DNA of 64,000 nucleotides. Source: Lama guanicoe (taxonomy: Eukaryota). Location: assembly GCA_013239625.1 (NCBI GenBank), contig MU054212.1, positions 5,490,270-5,554,269 on the forward strand. The letters run 5' to 3'. Positions 39,101 to 53,076 of this stretch are shown here, in pieces. A program made the translations under genes and the position numbers. Each line of letters starts with the position of its first letter. Position 1 is the stretch's first letter. The notes beneath the pieces are model-generated. The model made no database searches. It was not told the DNA's origin and worked only from the letters and a program-made list of their open reading frames with translations.

Positions 39101-39960
39101 AAAAGATGGTTTCACACTAGAAAATCTGTTCTTGTATTTTAACATCATAATATATTGAGAGAGAAAAACTATATGTTCACTTCAAAATAAGTGGGAAATT
39201 ATATTCATTGCTATAAAAATTATTAGCAAACTAGGAGTACAAGGGAATGGACTTTCTTTACATAATGAAGTGTACTTAACAAAAATTAAAGAAAGAAACA
39301 AATTCATAATTAACGCTGAGGTGGTGAAAGCATTCTCCTTAAAGTCAGAAACAAATCCACGATGGCCACTATAGCTGCTTGTGTCCAGCATTCTGCTGGA
39401 GGTCCTAACAAGCACAGAAATCAAACAAAATACATAAAAGGAAAAATGAGCGAGGTTAAGAATTTAAAGGAAATAAATCTAACTGCCATTTGCCAGCTAT
39501 AGATTAGCTACGTGAAAGATCCCACACTACCTGGAACTCATCTTTTGCCATGTGGATAGCCAGCTGATCCAGAACCATCACCGAATAGCTCTTCCTTTCT
39601 TAGCTAATAATGATAATGCTGTGCTTTTGTTGAGCTTCTCTATTGCTTGTTTATTAGTATTATTTTCAAAGTCCCTACATACCTCTCCCCAATTCCATTT
39701 TCTTCCCATCCCTCAACCCCTCCAAACTCAGGTAACCACTGATGGATTCGTTTTGTTAATCATTTACTTCCTCATTTCTGCTTAATTTTATCCCATGTAT
39801 ACAGATCCGTAAAGAAGATTGGTTTCTTTTGCCAATTTGGGGCTTTAAATGTATGTAGTCGTATGCGAATGGTATGCAACTTGCTTTCTTTGCTCAGATT
39901 ATGTTTGTGAAATTTATCCATGCTCAGTAGCTCATTCACCTTCATTGCTGTGTGAAAATA
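36170..39960. mobile_element. Block of nested, degenerate LINE-1 fragments in DSC3 intron 1
   Basis: L1 3' UTR (36170-36490), sense ORF2 RT/C-terminal remnants (36490-38150, 38530-39540; e.g. gaatgctttcctctaacagaaggaacaagacaa, CKTYCKDTVIKRAWYW) and antisense pieces; many stops. Confidence 0.8.
37695..37806 (+). repeat. Composite A-rich repeat with three AGACCACACC units
   Basis: AGACCACACC at 37700, 37741 and 37791 separated by A-runs interrupted by C's. Confidence 0.9.
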
Positions 39961-42639
39961 GAAAGAGTACACAATTAATTCATTAATATGAGGGATGGAT
40001 ATTGAAAGGGATGATATTCATATACAGATTTCAGTCATGCTATGCTTCTTGAATTATAAAGAAACTTGATACTATGTTTATGGAGATTGGATGCATTACT
40101 AAAAATAAAGCAAAAATTACAAAGCTACCATTAGATTAGTAAGAATGAACTAATGACTTTTAAAGGTATTTTAAAAATAATTTTTGTAGAGATGACTGCC
40201 CAGTAAAAAAAAAAATTACAGCATACAAAAAAATTTTTAATATTAATGTATTATGGATTGACTGAGTTATAAAATAATCTCTTTTAATGAAGAACCCTCC
40301 AGGACAACTTGAAATATCTGATTTATAAGACCTAGTGTTGCAAGCAACTTTAAATTAAAATGTAACAAATTAAATTTTTTAAAATGATAATACAAAGTGT
40401 TATCTATTATAGTCTGGGAAAAATTAGTTGCTTTGTTTCTTTTTACAGTACCATCCAAATTTTATTAATTGTATGATAGAACCCTTATCACACAAATCAT
40501 TAAATCCTGATAGAACTATCTAATGCCAAAGGGAGACTGAAACCTAAAGGCATACTTGCAAGTGTTTCACATTTGTGCAGTGGTTCAGTTTTAGAGTGAA
40601 TACCCAAGGTAGGCTTTCTAAAATGACACCTTTTTCAAGAGAGGAAAAATAAGCCAAAGAACAGAAATTTATTGAATATCTGAAAAATAAAGGCGATCCT
40701 TTTGACTGAGCAAAATGGTTATGGAATTTTCAATTCATCATTTCTCCCATGAAGACTTGCCCGCTTCAAGATGGAGATCTTACCTTCCAAGTTCTTACCA
40801 CCTCGAATTGTAAGATTTACCTCTTTGTATTCTCAGCAATTTGATGATTCTACTGAATTGCTTTCTAAGCAAGCTCTGTAAGATGGAATTCTAGTTCAAC
40901 AGAATTCTAGTTCGATGGAAAGTACAATTAGCTGGAGGTCACCAGGAATACCATATATGGAATGGCACCTGCCTCAGGGATTACAACAGGACCAAAAAAT
41001 GTGCAGGGCTTACATGTATTTAGTGACTCAGAAGGTGCTGCAGGATCTAGCTGTACCTCAGTATGAGCATCAATAACCCCTTTGAAGAAGGTAGGTGATA
41101 GATGATACGCTGATACGAACATGCTCCAACTCTGACTTCTTTAAGCTCATGATTTTGAAATAAACTAGTTCTCATTTATTTCCTTTATTTGTCCTAGGCA
41201 TTTTTTCCCCACTAATGCAAAAGATAATAGGAATTATGGTACTCGTTTTTATTTTAAAAAGGTGAATATGTCAAATGTTATCATGAACAACAATAACAAA
41301 AAAGCCTGGTAAAGGAGCCACATTATTCTCAGGATTTAATGCTGTAAAATCTGAGCAGATAGAATGCCCATTTGTCACCATAGATTATGGGCAGAATGCC
41401 ACATACTCCAAGGGGAAAAACATGTTATGCTATAAAGGAAAATGCTACTTAAATTCCTTTTGAAGAGCCCCTTTAGCAAAATGATAGATTAACCCTGTTC
41501 AAGTACACACTACTTATAACATATAATAGATAACATAATATAGTTCCCACAGTGGATTTGATATGGAGAACAATATTAAACTCACACATAAAATGGTCTC
41601 ATTATTTGTAACAGGGCAGAAGACATCTGAGCAAATGAACTCATACAAGTTTGTTTTCACCCCTAACAATTTTTATGACATTGAGGAGAAACATTTTAAG
41701 AGACACTCAGTGCTTTCAACAATCATGGCATGGCGCTGTTACTTTCTTTCTCCCCCCGCCCCTTGCTTTGTATATGTGAGTGGGAGGATGATTAGGAATT
41801 GTAGTTAATTAGCAGTTTAGAGTGTACTGAGGATAGAAGGGTGGGGAAAGGAGGCAGATTCAGGAGGAGGAAAGTGCAAAAGGGAAGATCCCACAACCTA
41901 CGAGGTGGCTCAGTGGGACGGCTAGCATGTTAAAAGTCTCAGTTCTGTGTTAAAGACTCGCTTTGAAGAGCTCTTGCTTCCAACAAGGAATTGTCTTTGA
42001 GAGATCCACCAAGGCGTCCATAAAATGAAAACTGCATTTCTAAAATGTGATGCCGTTAATATTATACTGAAGCTTGGAGAGTCATGAGAGTCAAAAGGAA
42101 GTACAGACATAGGATGGTCAACAGAAGTTTTTATTTACCCATCTGGAGAGAAATTGAAGGTGTCTGCAAACTAGGGATTGTGGATGAAAGAAATTGTTCT
42201 CTATATGCCCTCTCTAGTGTTCAAGTCTCCAGTTAGACCGTTTAATCTAAACTTTCGAAAATTCTGTTTAAAATTTAAAATAATCCTAAAGGAGTAAACG
42301 ATACGCTAGAGTTGACGCTATCTCTATTTAGAAATACAGGCACCTTCTTGACTTGCCACACCCCAGCACCCCCACCCCCACCGCCTGCCATCCATCGGGA
42401 CAGCTCCTCGAACCCCACGCCCTCCCCTCCAGCGAACACTCGGGAAATCTTGGGAACACAGCACCTCCGCAGTTTCTTCTCCCCGTTCCCGAATTCCTTT
42501 CGCAGGGAAAACGCAAAACACTAAATTCACGCTTTTAAAAGATATTAGCTGGAAACGCTTTCAAATATATCACAAAAAGAACACACTTTGGGAGCAGTTC
42601 CCATTTGTAAATAGTCATTTCATCAGCTCAGACATTTTG

Positions 42640-44500
42640 TGACGGGTCGACGCGCTTAGTTGTACAATCCCTTGGCCATAAATGTATCTTAGATCCTAAC
42701 TACCAATCCATTGTTCACAACGCCCTGATTCAAAGAGAGGACAAAGCTTGCACGCACTCGCCCTGTTTGAGGGCGGAGGAGCAGCAAGAATCCGTAGCCA
42801 GAGACGACCTGCTCCCAGGCTGGGCTGGTCCTCTCGCCTCCGGACCCCACGCGCATCCTCGGTAGCAGGTAGGCCGCGGGTCTGCGGCTCCCTTCCACAG
42901 CGCAGCCGGAATGCAGCCCTGGTCTCGCCTGAAGCGCCCGCGCGCGTAATCGCACCGTCAGAGTTCCCGATTTTTTGCTATATGTTCCCAAGTTCTCCGA
43001 GGATCGTCCCTAACTTCCTATCCGGGTGGATCTGGTCCTGGGTCGCCGGTTTCCCAGGCTCCACAGGCCCCAGGTTGGGCTCTGGACTTGCGCAGTCCTC
43101 CCTGGAGAGGGACGAAGTACCACCCAACCCCACCCCTACCCCAGCACTCCTCCCAGCCTGCATTCTATCTCCTCTGCACCACCTCGCTCCCCCATCACAC
43201 CATAGACCCCAATCCCCAGCCCTAATCCAGCAGGCCACCCCCTCGCGCCCCGGGCACACCCCGCCCCCGGCCAGGTGGCTCGTGGGGGTGGACCGCCCGG
43301 GTGAGCCGCCGAATGTCCTTTAGCCCAGGCAAAGCCTGGAAGCCGTTTCTCAGAGGTAAGCACGCCAGGATCCAGGGGCCCCGCTCCAGCCCCTCCACTC
43401 ACCAACCTCCCCATCCCAGGTGACCCTGCGGTGGAGGCCGCACCTAGAACCGCATCTCACGTCTCAGGTTTTTGTTCACTCGGGATTCCTCAAATACCTA
43501 AACGAATACTCTTCTTCCTTCTCCACCCAAACCCGTCCCAACCACCATCACCGGCCCCTGGAGCGACGAAAGGAGCGCAGACCCCCGCCCCGACCCACTC
43601 GCTACGGCGCCTGAGAGAGCGCAGCGAGGCGGGAGCGCGACCCGTAAAACAAACAATCGAACATCTCCCCAAATCCTCGGTCCCGAACCTCCCGCCAGGA
43701 CTCGTTTCCTACCCTCACCCACTCACCCACCCACCCGCCGCCGGGGCGCGAATCTGGCTCGTCCCTGCCCCGCCGGATTGAGCTGAGCCGCAGATGTCAC
43801 CTTTCGGTCCTTCATTTCGCCCCTACCGCTAGCCCCGCGGTACCAGAGCAGATCCATCCTCTGCCCCATCCCGGCTCCTGGTGACTGGCTGCGCTCCACG
43901 CCTCCCGGGCTCCACTCACCACGAGGGTCAGCAGCAGCTGCCTGCAGAGGGCTCCGCGCAGGGAGCTCCGGGGCCCGGCGGCGGCCATCGGGGCGCTGGG
44001 CGGGGAGAAGGATGCGGGCGCCAGGCGGGATGCGAGAGGCCAGCGCCCGCCGAGGTGCAGCGGCGTCAGAGATGCGCTTCTCTCCGCTGCTCGTCTCTAA
44101 GTGGCCCGGGCTTTTTCCAGGCTTGCCTGCCCGGGAGCGTGTTCGCTCCTGAGACGGGATTGGACTCCGAAGAGGCTGAGCCGCCCCTCCTAGTTATTTC
44201 TCAAGTTTTATCACCGCGGGAGCCGCTGGGGAGCTGCCCGAGCCTGCCCCTCGGCTCCGCGGCGGCCGCGCCGGGTGCTCGATCGCGGGAAAGCGATCCA
44301 GGCACCCCACGTCTGCCTGCTCTCCCACGCCCCGCGGCTGCCCCGCCTTCACCAGCGCGGCCCTAGTCCCGGGGCGTCCTCCTCGCAGACGCTGCTCGTT
44401 CCCACTGCAGAACCCAAAACCGCCGGCAGGGATCCCTGCCCCAACACGGGCGCTCCTAGGTGCCAGGAACACCCTTGTCATTGGACCAGCGGATCCTCCC
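42640..44500. promoter_or_regulatory. DSC3: CpG island and promoter of DSC3
   Basis: Sharp rise in GC and CpG content around exon 1; several CCCCGCC GC boxes; exact TSS not determinable. Confidence 0.9.
43920..43988 (-). CDS. DSC3: DSC3 exon 1 coding part (signal peptide)
   Basis: ATG GCC GCC...: MAAAGPRSSLRGALCRQLLLTLV, then GTGAGT donor; 69 nt. Confidence 0.96.
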
Positions 44501-47500
44501 TCCTGGGAGGGCAAAGCCTCCTGGTTAATGCAAAATATATGTCTTCTTTCCAAATCTGACTCACACGATAAGAAAAAGGATGGAGGAGAAATTATCCCAA
44601 GTGGCATGAATAAGCTGACACTTGGTGTACCAGAAATTAAAAGCAAATAAGGGAAATTCTGATAGCTCACCATTTTCGCGCACCCAAAATCTGAGGTATT
44701 ACACTCAGAGCTTTCATTTCTTGCCGATTTTGTGGCCTTATTTGAACCTCCTAAGAAAGGATTTACTCTAAGAAGTCTTATACGTAAATTACTGATTTTA
44801 GTAATTACGTAGGAATTGTACTAAGATGCAATTTTTCAGTTTATGGTAAAAGAAAAATCTACCATACAGAACCTTCGACTCTAAAATGAGGCCTCTAAAT
44901 TCACTATCATTCAGCAAACGTTTATCAGGGCTCAGAGGCGTGCAGGCACTGGGATTGGAAGAAAGGAAACACAAAACCAAGTCCCTGCTCAAAGCAATTC
45001 AAAGTCCAGGGCGGAATAAAGGCAACCACCACAGCCCCAACTGCTGAACTTTTTAATAGAGAGGTAACTTACAACACTAGGGCCCATTCCTTTATTTCTC
45101 TCCAGACTGAGTTTTCGTCCTCCAAACCCCCACTCACTGGAGTCAGGATGGACTACTCCCTAGATATGAACTGCTGCTCCTCAAAGTCTATGCACAAGTT
45201 CCAAGGTCCAGACACTCAAGTCTAGATTAATCAGAGAGGGCACTGTGGCCTTCATTCATCCCACCCTGGTCACCCAAATATGCTCCTTGTCTATGTGTTT
45301 ACCTAAAGTCAGGGACTTCCGTGAACTCACAGGCCTAAGCTCTCAGGACTTGGACACTGAGCTCAGCTTCCCAGTCCCGTGTCTGAGGCTTCCAAGGCTC
45401 CTATGCACCCACCAGAGATCCTGTCTCACCTCTGGAGGCCTCTGTATGGAAGAACTCTTCCAACCTCAGAGAAAGCTCTCCACACTTCACTCTAAACCAT
45501 TTTTCCCTCCCATCTTCCAGACCTTCACCTTGACCAAATGACCTCAAGAAGGAGCCTCTCAAAAGTGTTTTCTGGCCCCAATCAGCCTTTAGAAAGAAGC
45601 TGAAGATAGCTCTCATCAGAAGGCAAACCGGCTAACACCTTGACTTTGGACCCTCAGCCTCCAGAATTAAATAATACTTGAGATAAGAACCAACAGAGAA
45701 CAGGGGAAGGGTGGGAAGATGCTTCGGGCGAAGGGAGCCATAGCACGGCAGAGCCCTGGAGAGCACTGTGAGGGCGTCCCACAGCAAAGAAACAGAAAGG
45801 AGTTTCTTCAGAACCACCGGGTGGAAGAACTCCTGTGGCTGAGAATAGGTCAGGAAGTCAGTCTCATGACAAACCAGGCTGATGAGTTAAATGTCATCCC
45901 AAAAGAGATGGAGAACCAGCCACTCAGTCTGTAAAATTCTCACTTTTGATGAGTTAATGAACTCATTAACTTCATTAATGAACCTGTTTATGCCATGCTA
46001 CAGCTTTTCCTTAATATTTAGGGAATAAAAGACTTGAAATGTTTTCCTTCATTGTAAGTAGCCCTAGTTTTCAATGATTTCAGTTTTGTCCACTAGAGTC
46101 TGACCTGATTGCCCCCATGTGGCAAAAACCATAAGATGGATAGCTCTCCTCTGGTTAACTCAGCTTTGCCGTTTAATTAAGGAGATTGTTCAGTCTCCTC
46201 ACTATATTGACAGTTACTCTGAGCTTCCATGTTTAATTTCTACAAAACAAAAGTTATAAGAATCTATCCCAGAAATCTTGTAAGTAAGCATATTGGTAAT
46301 ATTTTTCATTTGTATTGCAAAATTCTAGGTGCAATATGAATACCGAACAATAACTATATGGAGTATTAGTAACTATCTTGGAATTTCCTGTTTTGCTAAG
46401 GCATTTATTTGTCCATCATGAGTATGTTGGCTAAGTCCTAATAAAAAGGCTCTAATATAAATTTTATAATTTAGAAAAGAAATCTTCATAGGCAGTTATA
46501 ACATAAATAGGACTTGAAGACAAATTAAAATTGCTTTTATTTTTCCTATGTAGATTATATTTTAAATGAAATTACTGAAAATTTATGAGCTTCAGTTTGA
46601 ATATAGTTAGAACTGGATGCCTTCTATAATGAAGTTAATTTTAAATCCTTATGAGGCATCATAAAGCATAAAGAGTTATTCTGAAATATCTTTTTTAATA
46701 CCCTTTACCCCAAACTGCAAAGTCAGTTGGAAGTCACCACTAAAAGAATAATGGACAAAAATGGGAAAGAAACATTATTTTCCCTTGTGATTTTCTTACT
46801 TTGAAGGGTCAGAGCAGCAACAATAGAAGATCAAAAATGGGAAGTGATTTGAAGCTTAAGGATAAAACTTCAGGGATCCAGGTGGACTGTAAATTTTTCA
46901 GTAGAAAGCGAGTTTACATCCTTGGTAAGAGTCCTCTGTAGCACCTCCATAGCCACAGAAAGGGTAAGGTCGAGGAGGTGGGAGCTGACCCCTGACCCAC
47001 TGAGAAAGCTCCCTTGCACAACCCTGTGGCCACAGGTACTGGTCTCACACACCTCCTCATCCCAGTGGTTTATATGCGCGGTGACACAGCAAATGTGGGT
47101 CTCCTCCCTCACGCCTATAAGATGCAACCTGAGCAGCCGTCTGATCTTTGGAACAAATTTGTTGGTAAGGGGGAAGAGAAATTTATGAAAAGCCTAAATT
47201 AAAACCAAGTAAAAGTTTCATGTTAAATAGTCCTGCTTGTGACACAAGATGAGTTCTGCCCCTGAGATGGTTGCTCAGAAGCATTTTTAGAAAATTATCT
47301 AGGGTACACAGTCACAGTAATGAACAGTAACCCAGCAAACTGCCTGCTGGAGCAACAGCGAGGGAGCACGGATATGTGCTCAAAAGCCAGGAGCCCTCCC
47401 AGACTTAATTTTTAGAAATGAGCTCCCGTTCATGTCTCCACTTGCCCTTTTAGAGACGCTTCATCTCGTGCTTGGGAATTGGGCGGTCGGATTTTCTCAT

Positions 47501-49409
47501 ACTCACTGCGGTCTCCCCATTTCCCGCCATGACTCACCGCCACTGCTATGGTCAGGCCGGCCTCTAGGAGAGGATTCTGCTTTTCCTGCACGCCTTTCCC
47601 GAAGTGTGGCTGGAAGTCCTCTGCTAATTTCCCACAGCGCCATTGAGAATAGCCTTGATGTTTTGGTTATTTAAAAAGACTACTGGAGACAGCTGGAGTC
47701 AAGAGCCTCCTATAATATTGCATTGCTGCTCAGGACAAGAGCCACCCCAGAATTTCTGTCTGCCTCCCTCGTCTTCTGTCTTCCCAGGGCAAGCACCCCT
47801 CCCACCTCTCCTTCCACTGCCGTGGAAATGCTCCAGGGAGCGAAGAACGTCAAGTCTAGACGAAAAAGAGCCCCGGCCTCCCCGGGGACAGAAGTTTATC
47901 CTTCCTCCTTTTCCATGCCGTGTCCTTAATCCCTAGGATTAACTTCTACCCAGAGTGATTGCCAGTAGGACTGTCCACTCCATTCAGCAGGAAACTCACT
48001 CCCACCCACAGAGGTGTGGCCTTTCACTATAACCTTGGGAACAAACCTACAAAATTCAAATATTTGTACATTTCTCAAATGCAGAACTATCCAGTTTAAG
48101 TTCCACCACAACACCAGTCCAATCCAAATAGGGTGTGCCAGGCTCAGAAAGGTTCCCTTTCCGTCTCTCCTTAATAATAAATGATTCGAGAATTGTTACA
48201 ATGGTTTTACTCTTCCTCTACTGAAATCTTTAGACGCCCTGACAAATATCTTCTCTTCTGCAAACACGACTTTCAAGGGAGAGAGGAGTGGTTTCTTAGT
48301 GACTTCTCACCAGGCTGGAAGGCATGGTGAGTTCCACACAGACAACAGAGCTCCATTGTGTGAGTGATAGCTTCTTATAGTAACTGGACGAACCCAGTGC
48401 AACAAAGCACTGCTACAAGGTGAATTTACTCCCTCTCCTCTTGGAACCATCCCATAATCCTTCATTTCACTTTAGTGTGAAAATCTCCTCCCAGTGGGTG
48501 AGGCTGGAGTTTCTCCCGTCTGTTCTCATATCCCCGGGAGCTCGTTTGGGCACCTGTTGTTCAAAGGGCATTGCTCAAGCATAATGGCTGCAGGTGTGAG
48601 TGGGCTGACTTCCAGATCCCATGTGTCACTCATCTGATTCACTGCCCCATCAGCCTTCCTTTTTTCCCAGAAGTTTAGGAGGACCGTCCCTCAGCATCAG
48701 CTTGGGCGAGTGACATATCCCCAGCTCAGATGCCTGTCAGCTAGCTCAGGGGGCAGAGAAACAGCTTTTCCCGTCAGTTCCCTATGGCAACAAATTATTT
48801 AATTCAGCAATTGTTATTTACTGTTGATTTTATTGATTGTTGATGATCTAGTCCTTGATTTTATTTACTCAAGATTTATTAATCTTGGTTTGTTGTTTTC
48901 TTTTCTGCGTTCCCAGCTTCCCAAGCCCTTCTGTCACTAAATGAGGACTAGCTTTCTGCCAATTGGCTACTTAGTGTTCACGGAACAGCCCAACGCCACA
49001 ACAGTTGGGTCTGTTCTGGCATTGCTTTCAAGCATCACACTTGTGTTTGTCTTTCAGTGTTGTAATGAGCTGCACACTCTACTAGTTGGGAACTTCTGGT
49101 CTTAACTTGCACCCGTCTATGTGAAGTCATACCAGATGCATATTCCTCTAAACAACTCTAATGCAAGGGTCTTGCCCAAATATTAAAAAAACCAAACCAA
49201 ACAAAACAAAAAACTAGGAATATTCCTAGTAGGCATATAAGCATGTACCAGAAAGTCTATTTTGTTATCCCTTTCTCATAAGATTGCAGTGTTCTTGACG
49301 TGTGCAATAAAATTTAGCTGTTTTCACAGATTCCAAGTTCTGTTTGGATGGTGCTCAGAGAAAGTCTTAATCTTAGCTATAATACTTCACTTTTAAAATG
49401 AGAATCTCT

Positions 49410-50025
49410 AATTGGTGATGTTGAGCAAATTTTCATGTTCCTGTTGGCCATCTACATCTCCTCTACTGCAAAAATGTCTGTTCAGTTCTTCTGCCCATAT
49501 TTTAAATTTGTTTGCTCATTTGTTTGCTTTTTAATTAAGGTACAGTTGATTTAAAATGTTGTATCAGTTCCCAGTGTACAGCGTGGATGGGCGTGGAGGG
49601 CATTACGCTAAGTGAAATAAGTCAGACAGAGAAAGACAAACACTGTAAGATACCACTTACATGTGGAATCTGAAAAAATACAACAAACCAGTGAATATAA
49701 CAGAAAAGAAACAGACTCACAGATGTAGAGAAGGAACCAGTGGTTACCAGGGGGAGAGGGAAGGGGGAGAGGCAGGACGGAGGGGGAGGATTAAGAGGTA
49801 CAAACTATTAGGTATAAAATAAGCTACAAGGATGTATGTACACCATGGGGAATACAGCCAGTATTTTATATAGCTATAAATCACAGCGTATAACCTTTAG
49901 AAATTGTGAATCACTGTGTTGTATGCCTGTAACATATAATACTGTACATCAAAGATACTTCAATTTAAAAAATATGATATTGTAAAATAAATAAATAAAT
50001 AAAGTTTAAAAAAATAAAATAAAAT
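49410..50025 (+). mobile_element. 5'-truncated LINE-1 with an inverted 5' segment
   Basis: 15-bp TSD AAAATGAGAATCTCT at 49395-49409 and 50026-50040 at a TT|AAAA site; sense 3' end about 49583-50025 with an (AAAT)n tail; antisense L1 at 49410-49582. Confidence 0.85.
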
Positions 50026-51349
50026 AAAATGAGAATCTCTGACCAAAATCTCCCTGTTTAACCCCCAAAGTAATAAATAGGCTTTTTGTAAGTCTCAGAA
50101 TAAATGATTCCAAACTCACAGAGGCATCCATAAGAACGTCTTCATTTCCTACTCAAGACAGCATTAAGCAGAGATCACATATTATTTGGAGCAGTTCCTC
50201 AACCATCTAGTGATGAATTATCTGATCTCAACTGCTGCACTGTTTCAAAGGTCCAAGAGAAGACTGAAGACCACTGCCTCTCCCCACTCTTATTCTAGGA
50301 TGGGTGAACAAAAAGAAGTTGGGAGTGGACAGGCATGGTGGATGGGACTGACATCTTTTCTCCCATGGTGACCTGCCTTTCTGTAACATTCCCAAGATAA
50401 CTGACACCAGTGCCACTCAGTGAGTAACTTTGGTTTGGCACACTGGGAATAAGGCGTTCTCTCTCCAGTTCGATATCGGGAAGTAAGAAGCACACACATG
50501 TTCCTATGACATAACGTAACATAAACAGCATCGTGTTTCCTGCCACATTCACTTATAACACACAACGTGTTCCCTGAGGATAGGTGGTCTGAGCCTTACT
50601 GCGCCGGATTCTCCCAGCGAGAGTTTTCCAAACTCATCTATTTGAAGAAGGCAGAACTGCAGGACTGTATTATGGCAACTGGCCAGGAACATGCCAGGTT
50701 TTTCTTTTCCAAATTTGTCCAAGGCCCTCTAACTTACTCTGCCCCTTAATCCTTTCTTGTAATTTTGAACAAGTCGCGGGCAATGTTCTTTAGTTCACAG
50801 TGTACCTTTGTTCTTGATCATTGTGGAGGCAAAATGAAAGAGACTGTTTGGGCAACAGCATAATATTAGTAAAAATAACAAGGCTCCAAGTCAGCACAGT
50901 CTGGGTGCGCTAATCCCATCTGTGTATAGATTTTAACTGAAGTTTCAAATTGCCCATTCACCTGTTTGCCATAATTGCCCTGGGGTAGGTAGTTTTTAAA
51001 TTTCTGGCCTCTCCATTGTATAAAAATGCACAATTATGCATAAAATTCTTGTATATTACTAGTTATGAAAATGTAACATTTTAGACTTCCTGGGTTGTGT
51101 CTACACACAGACAGAGAGATGCCAAAGCGAGTGTTTGAGGTGGCCACGGCCAGGTGAGCTGAGCTTTCAGACTCAGCTATGCTGAAATCGGCTTCCAAAA
51201 GGTTGTCCTGTGAGGCTCAAAGACGTCTGCAACAGCATCATTTAGGTCTCTGTTATGCAGGTTTTTCTATAAAGGGTTGCCAGAGTCAATGAGGCAATAG
51301 CTGAAGGACAACTTGAGGTCAACAAGTTTTATTCATATGAAAGACGCAA

Positions 51350-51590
51350 ATTGCATAGTGGTTAAGAGTGTAGATCCTGAAGTCAGGTTGCCTAGTTCAA
51401 ATACTGATTCAGTCACAGTCTAGTACTGCTACCCTGAGCTAGTCATTCAACATTTCTGTGCCTCAGTTCCCTCATCCATAAAATGGGAATAATAATAGTT
51501 CTCCATTTGAAAGAGAATAAAAAGAATGAACATATGTAAAGTTTTTACAACGTGGCACATGGTAACTACTAGATACATGTTAACTGTCAT
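51350..51590 (+). mobile_element. MIR SINE
   Basis: gcatagtggttaagag...tctgtgcctcagttccctcatccataaaatgggaataataatagt. Confidence 0.8.
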
Positions 51591-52525
51591 TTCTATTAGG
51601 CATTTCTGTTTATTATTGCAAATGATCCAGGTAAGAGCAGATTACTGATGGTGTGGGAGAGGTTGAATTTTATGAACTAATTTCTTGAGGAAGCTAAAGG
51701 TCACAGAAACCAGTGTATTAATGGAGAGGTTGTCTTAAATGGGAGCAGAGAAAATTCATCCACTATAAAGTTTGGAGGTCAAAGTATACAGTGTAGTTAT
51801 TGATAACCTGGTAGACCTGGTGGTGGACAGATGAGGGAGTTCTCCTCTGCTTCTACTTTGTCACTGAAATCAGACGCAAAGTTATCTGCTAAGTGAAGAA
51901 GGTGGATTAGAGATTTAATGAAAGAGTAGTTATAAAATGGAAAATTGAGTAGATCGGTTTTTGAATTGTTGACTCTAATCCGCAGTAAGAAATATTTTTA
52001 ATGTGAACTGGTACACAGTTTATACATATAATCCAGAACATAAATTTCACCAACAGTACTTATTATTCCTATGTGCAACACACACTGACCATTTCTGTTC
52101 TCTGCCTTCTAATTCATTAATAATACAGGTGGCCATCCTTCAAGTTAACTGGCTGTGTTTCAACCAATTGACTGTGTCTCTCAGTTTGAAAAACCCCGAA
52201 CTTCGGTAGCAGCGCAGAAATGTGGATCAGCACTGAGAGTCAGCCTGGTTAAATGCTTTTTCTTGAGCCAAGTTCCAGGGTTCAAGTAAAATTTATGAAA
52301 TTGTTGGTAAATGGGGTTTATCCAGTGATGGTGTTTTGCTGAGTAATTACAAAGAAGAGACTGGAAGGGAAGTTTAGGGTTATGATGGAATAGATTAAAG
52401 CAATGACTAAATAGACTGAAGCTGAAAAAGGAAGGAAATGATGAGATCAGTGAAACTATGAAACACTGGTAGAGTTTTACAAGAGACTGACCGAAAACCT
52501 TATTGGAAGCTTTCCTAAAGGAACT

Positions 52526-53076
52526 TGTTAGCAAACAAAAGAGACCTCAAATGGGGTATCCTTCGTATGTGGGTTCTTGCCCTCAAGCTGGAAAGAATTC
52601 ACAGCTGAGGCAGAGGGACAGAGCAAAAGCTGCTTCGTTGCTCAAAAGGAAAGAGGAAAAGACACTTGAGCGGAAAGACACTCGAGTCGGGGAGCCGTAA
52701 GACAGGAGAAATCCTACTTGTGGGGTCTTGGCTGGGTCCTTTTATTTGTCCTCTTTGATGCTTCTTTTCTTTCCATTGGCTGCTCCTTTCCTGCTTGCTT
52801 TCCAGTTTGTTCTGCTCTGTGAAACAAACACTCTGCAAAAACACAATCAGGTAACCAGGGACCCTCAAACAGTGTGGTCAAGCTAGGCTGAGCAAGTGAG
52901 ACCCTAAAACAATGTGGTCATAAAGATTAGAGCTAGTCAGCGTTTTCTGTTCCTTTAGGATGGCTGTGCCCATTACTCCAGTACTCTTTGAGGTCAGACA
53001 GAAGTTAATTTTAAACTTTAAAGAAGTCTCTGAACAATGGGTCTGGGTTTCAATTCCCTAGTTCCTGCCTCCCTCA
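52526..53076 (-). mobile_element. Solo LTR, probably ERV1-like
   Basis: TG...CA termini; near-TSD AACT/GACT; minus-strand CCAAT (52775-52779) and ATAAAA (52739-52744); internal 21-bp repeats. Confidence 0.65.

Noticed and set aside
42689..44673. Long overlapping ORFs (191, 161, 159 aa and others)
   Set aside because: Expected in a GC-rich CpG island with few stop codons; Pro/Arg/Gly-rich with no recognisable domain; one is antisense to DSC3 exon 1.
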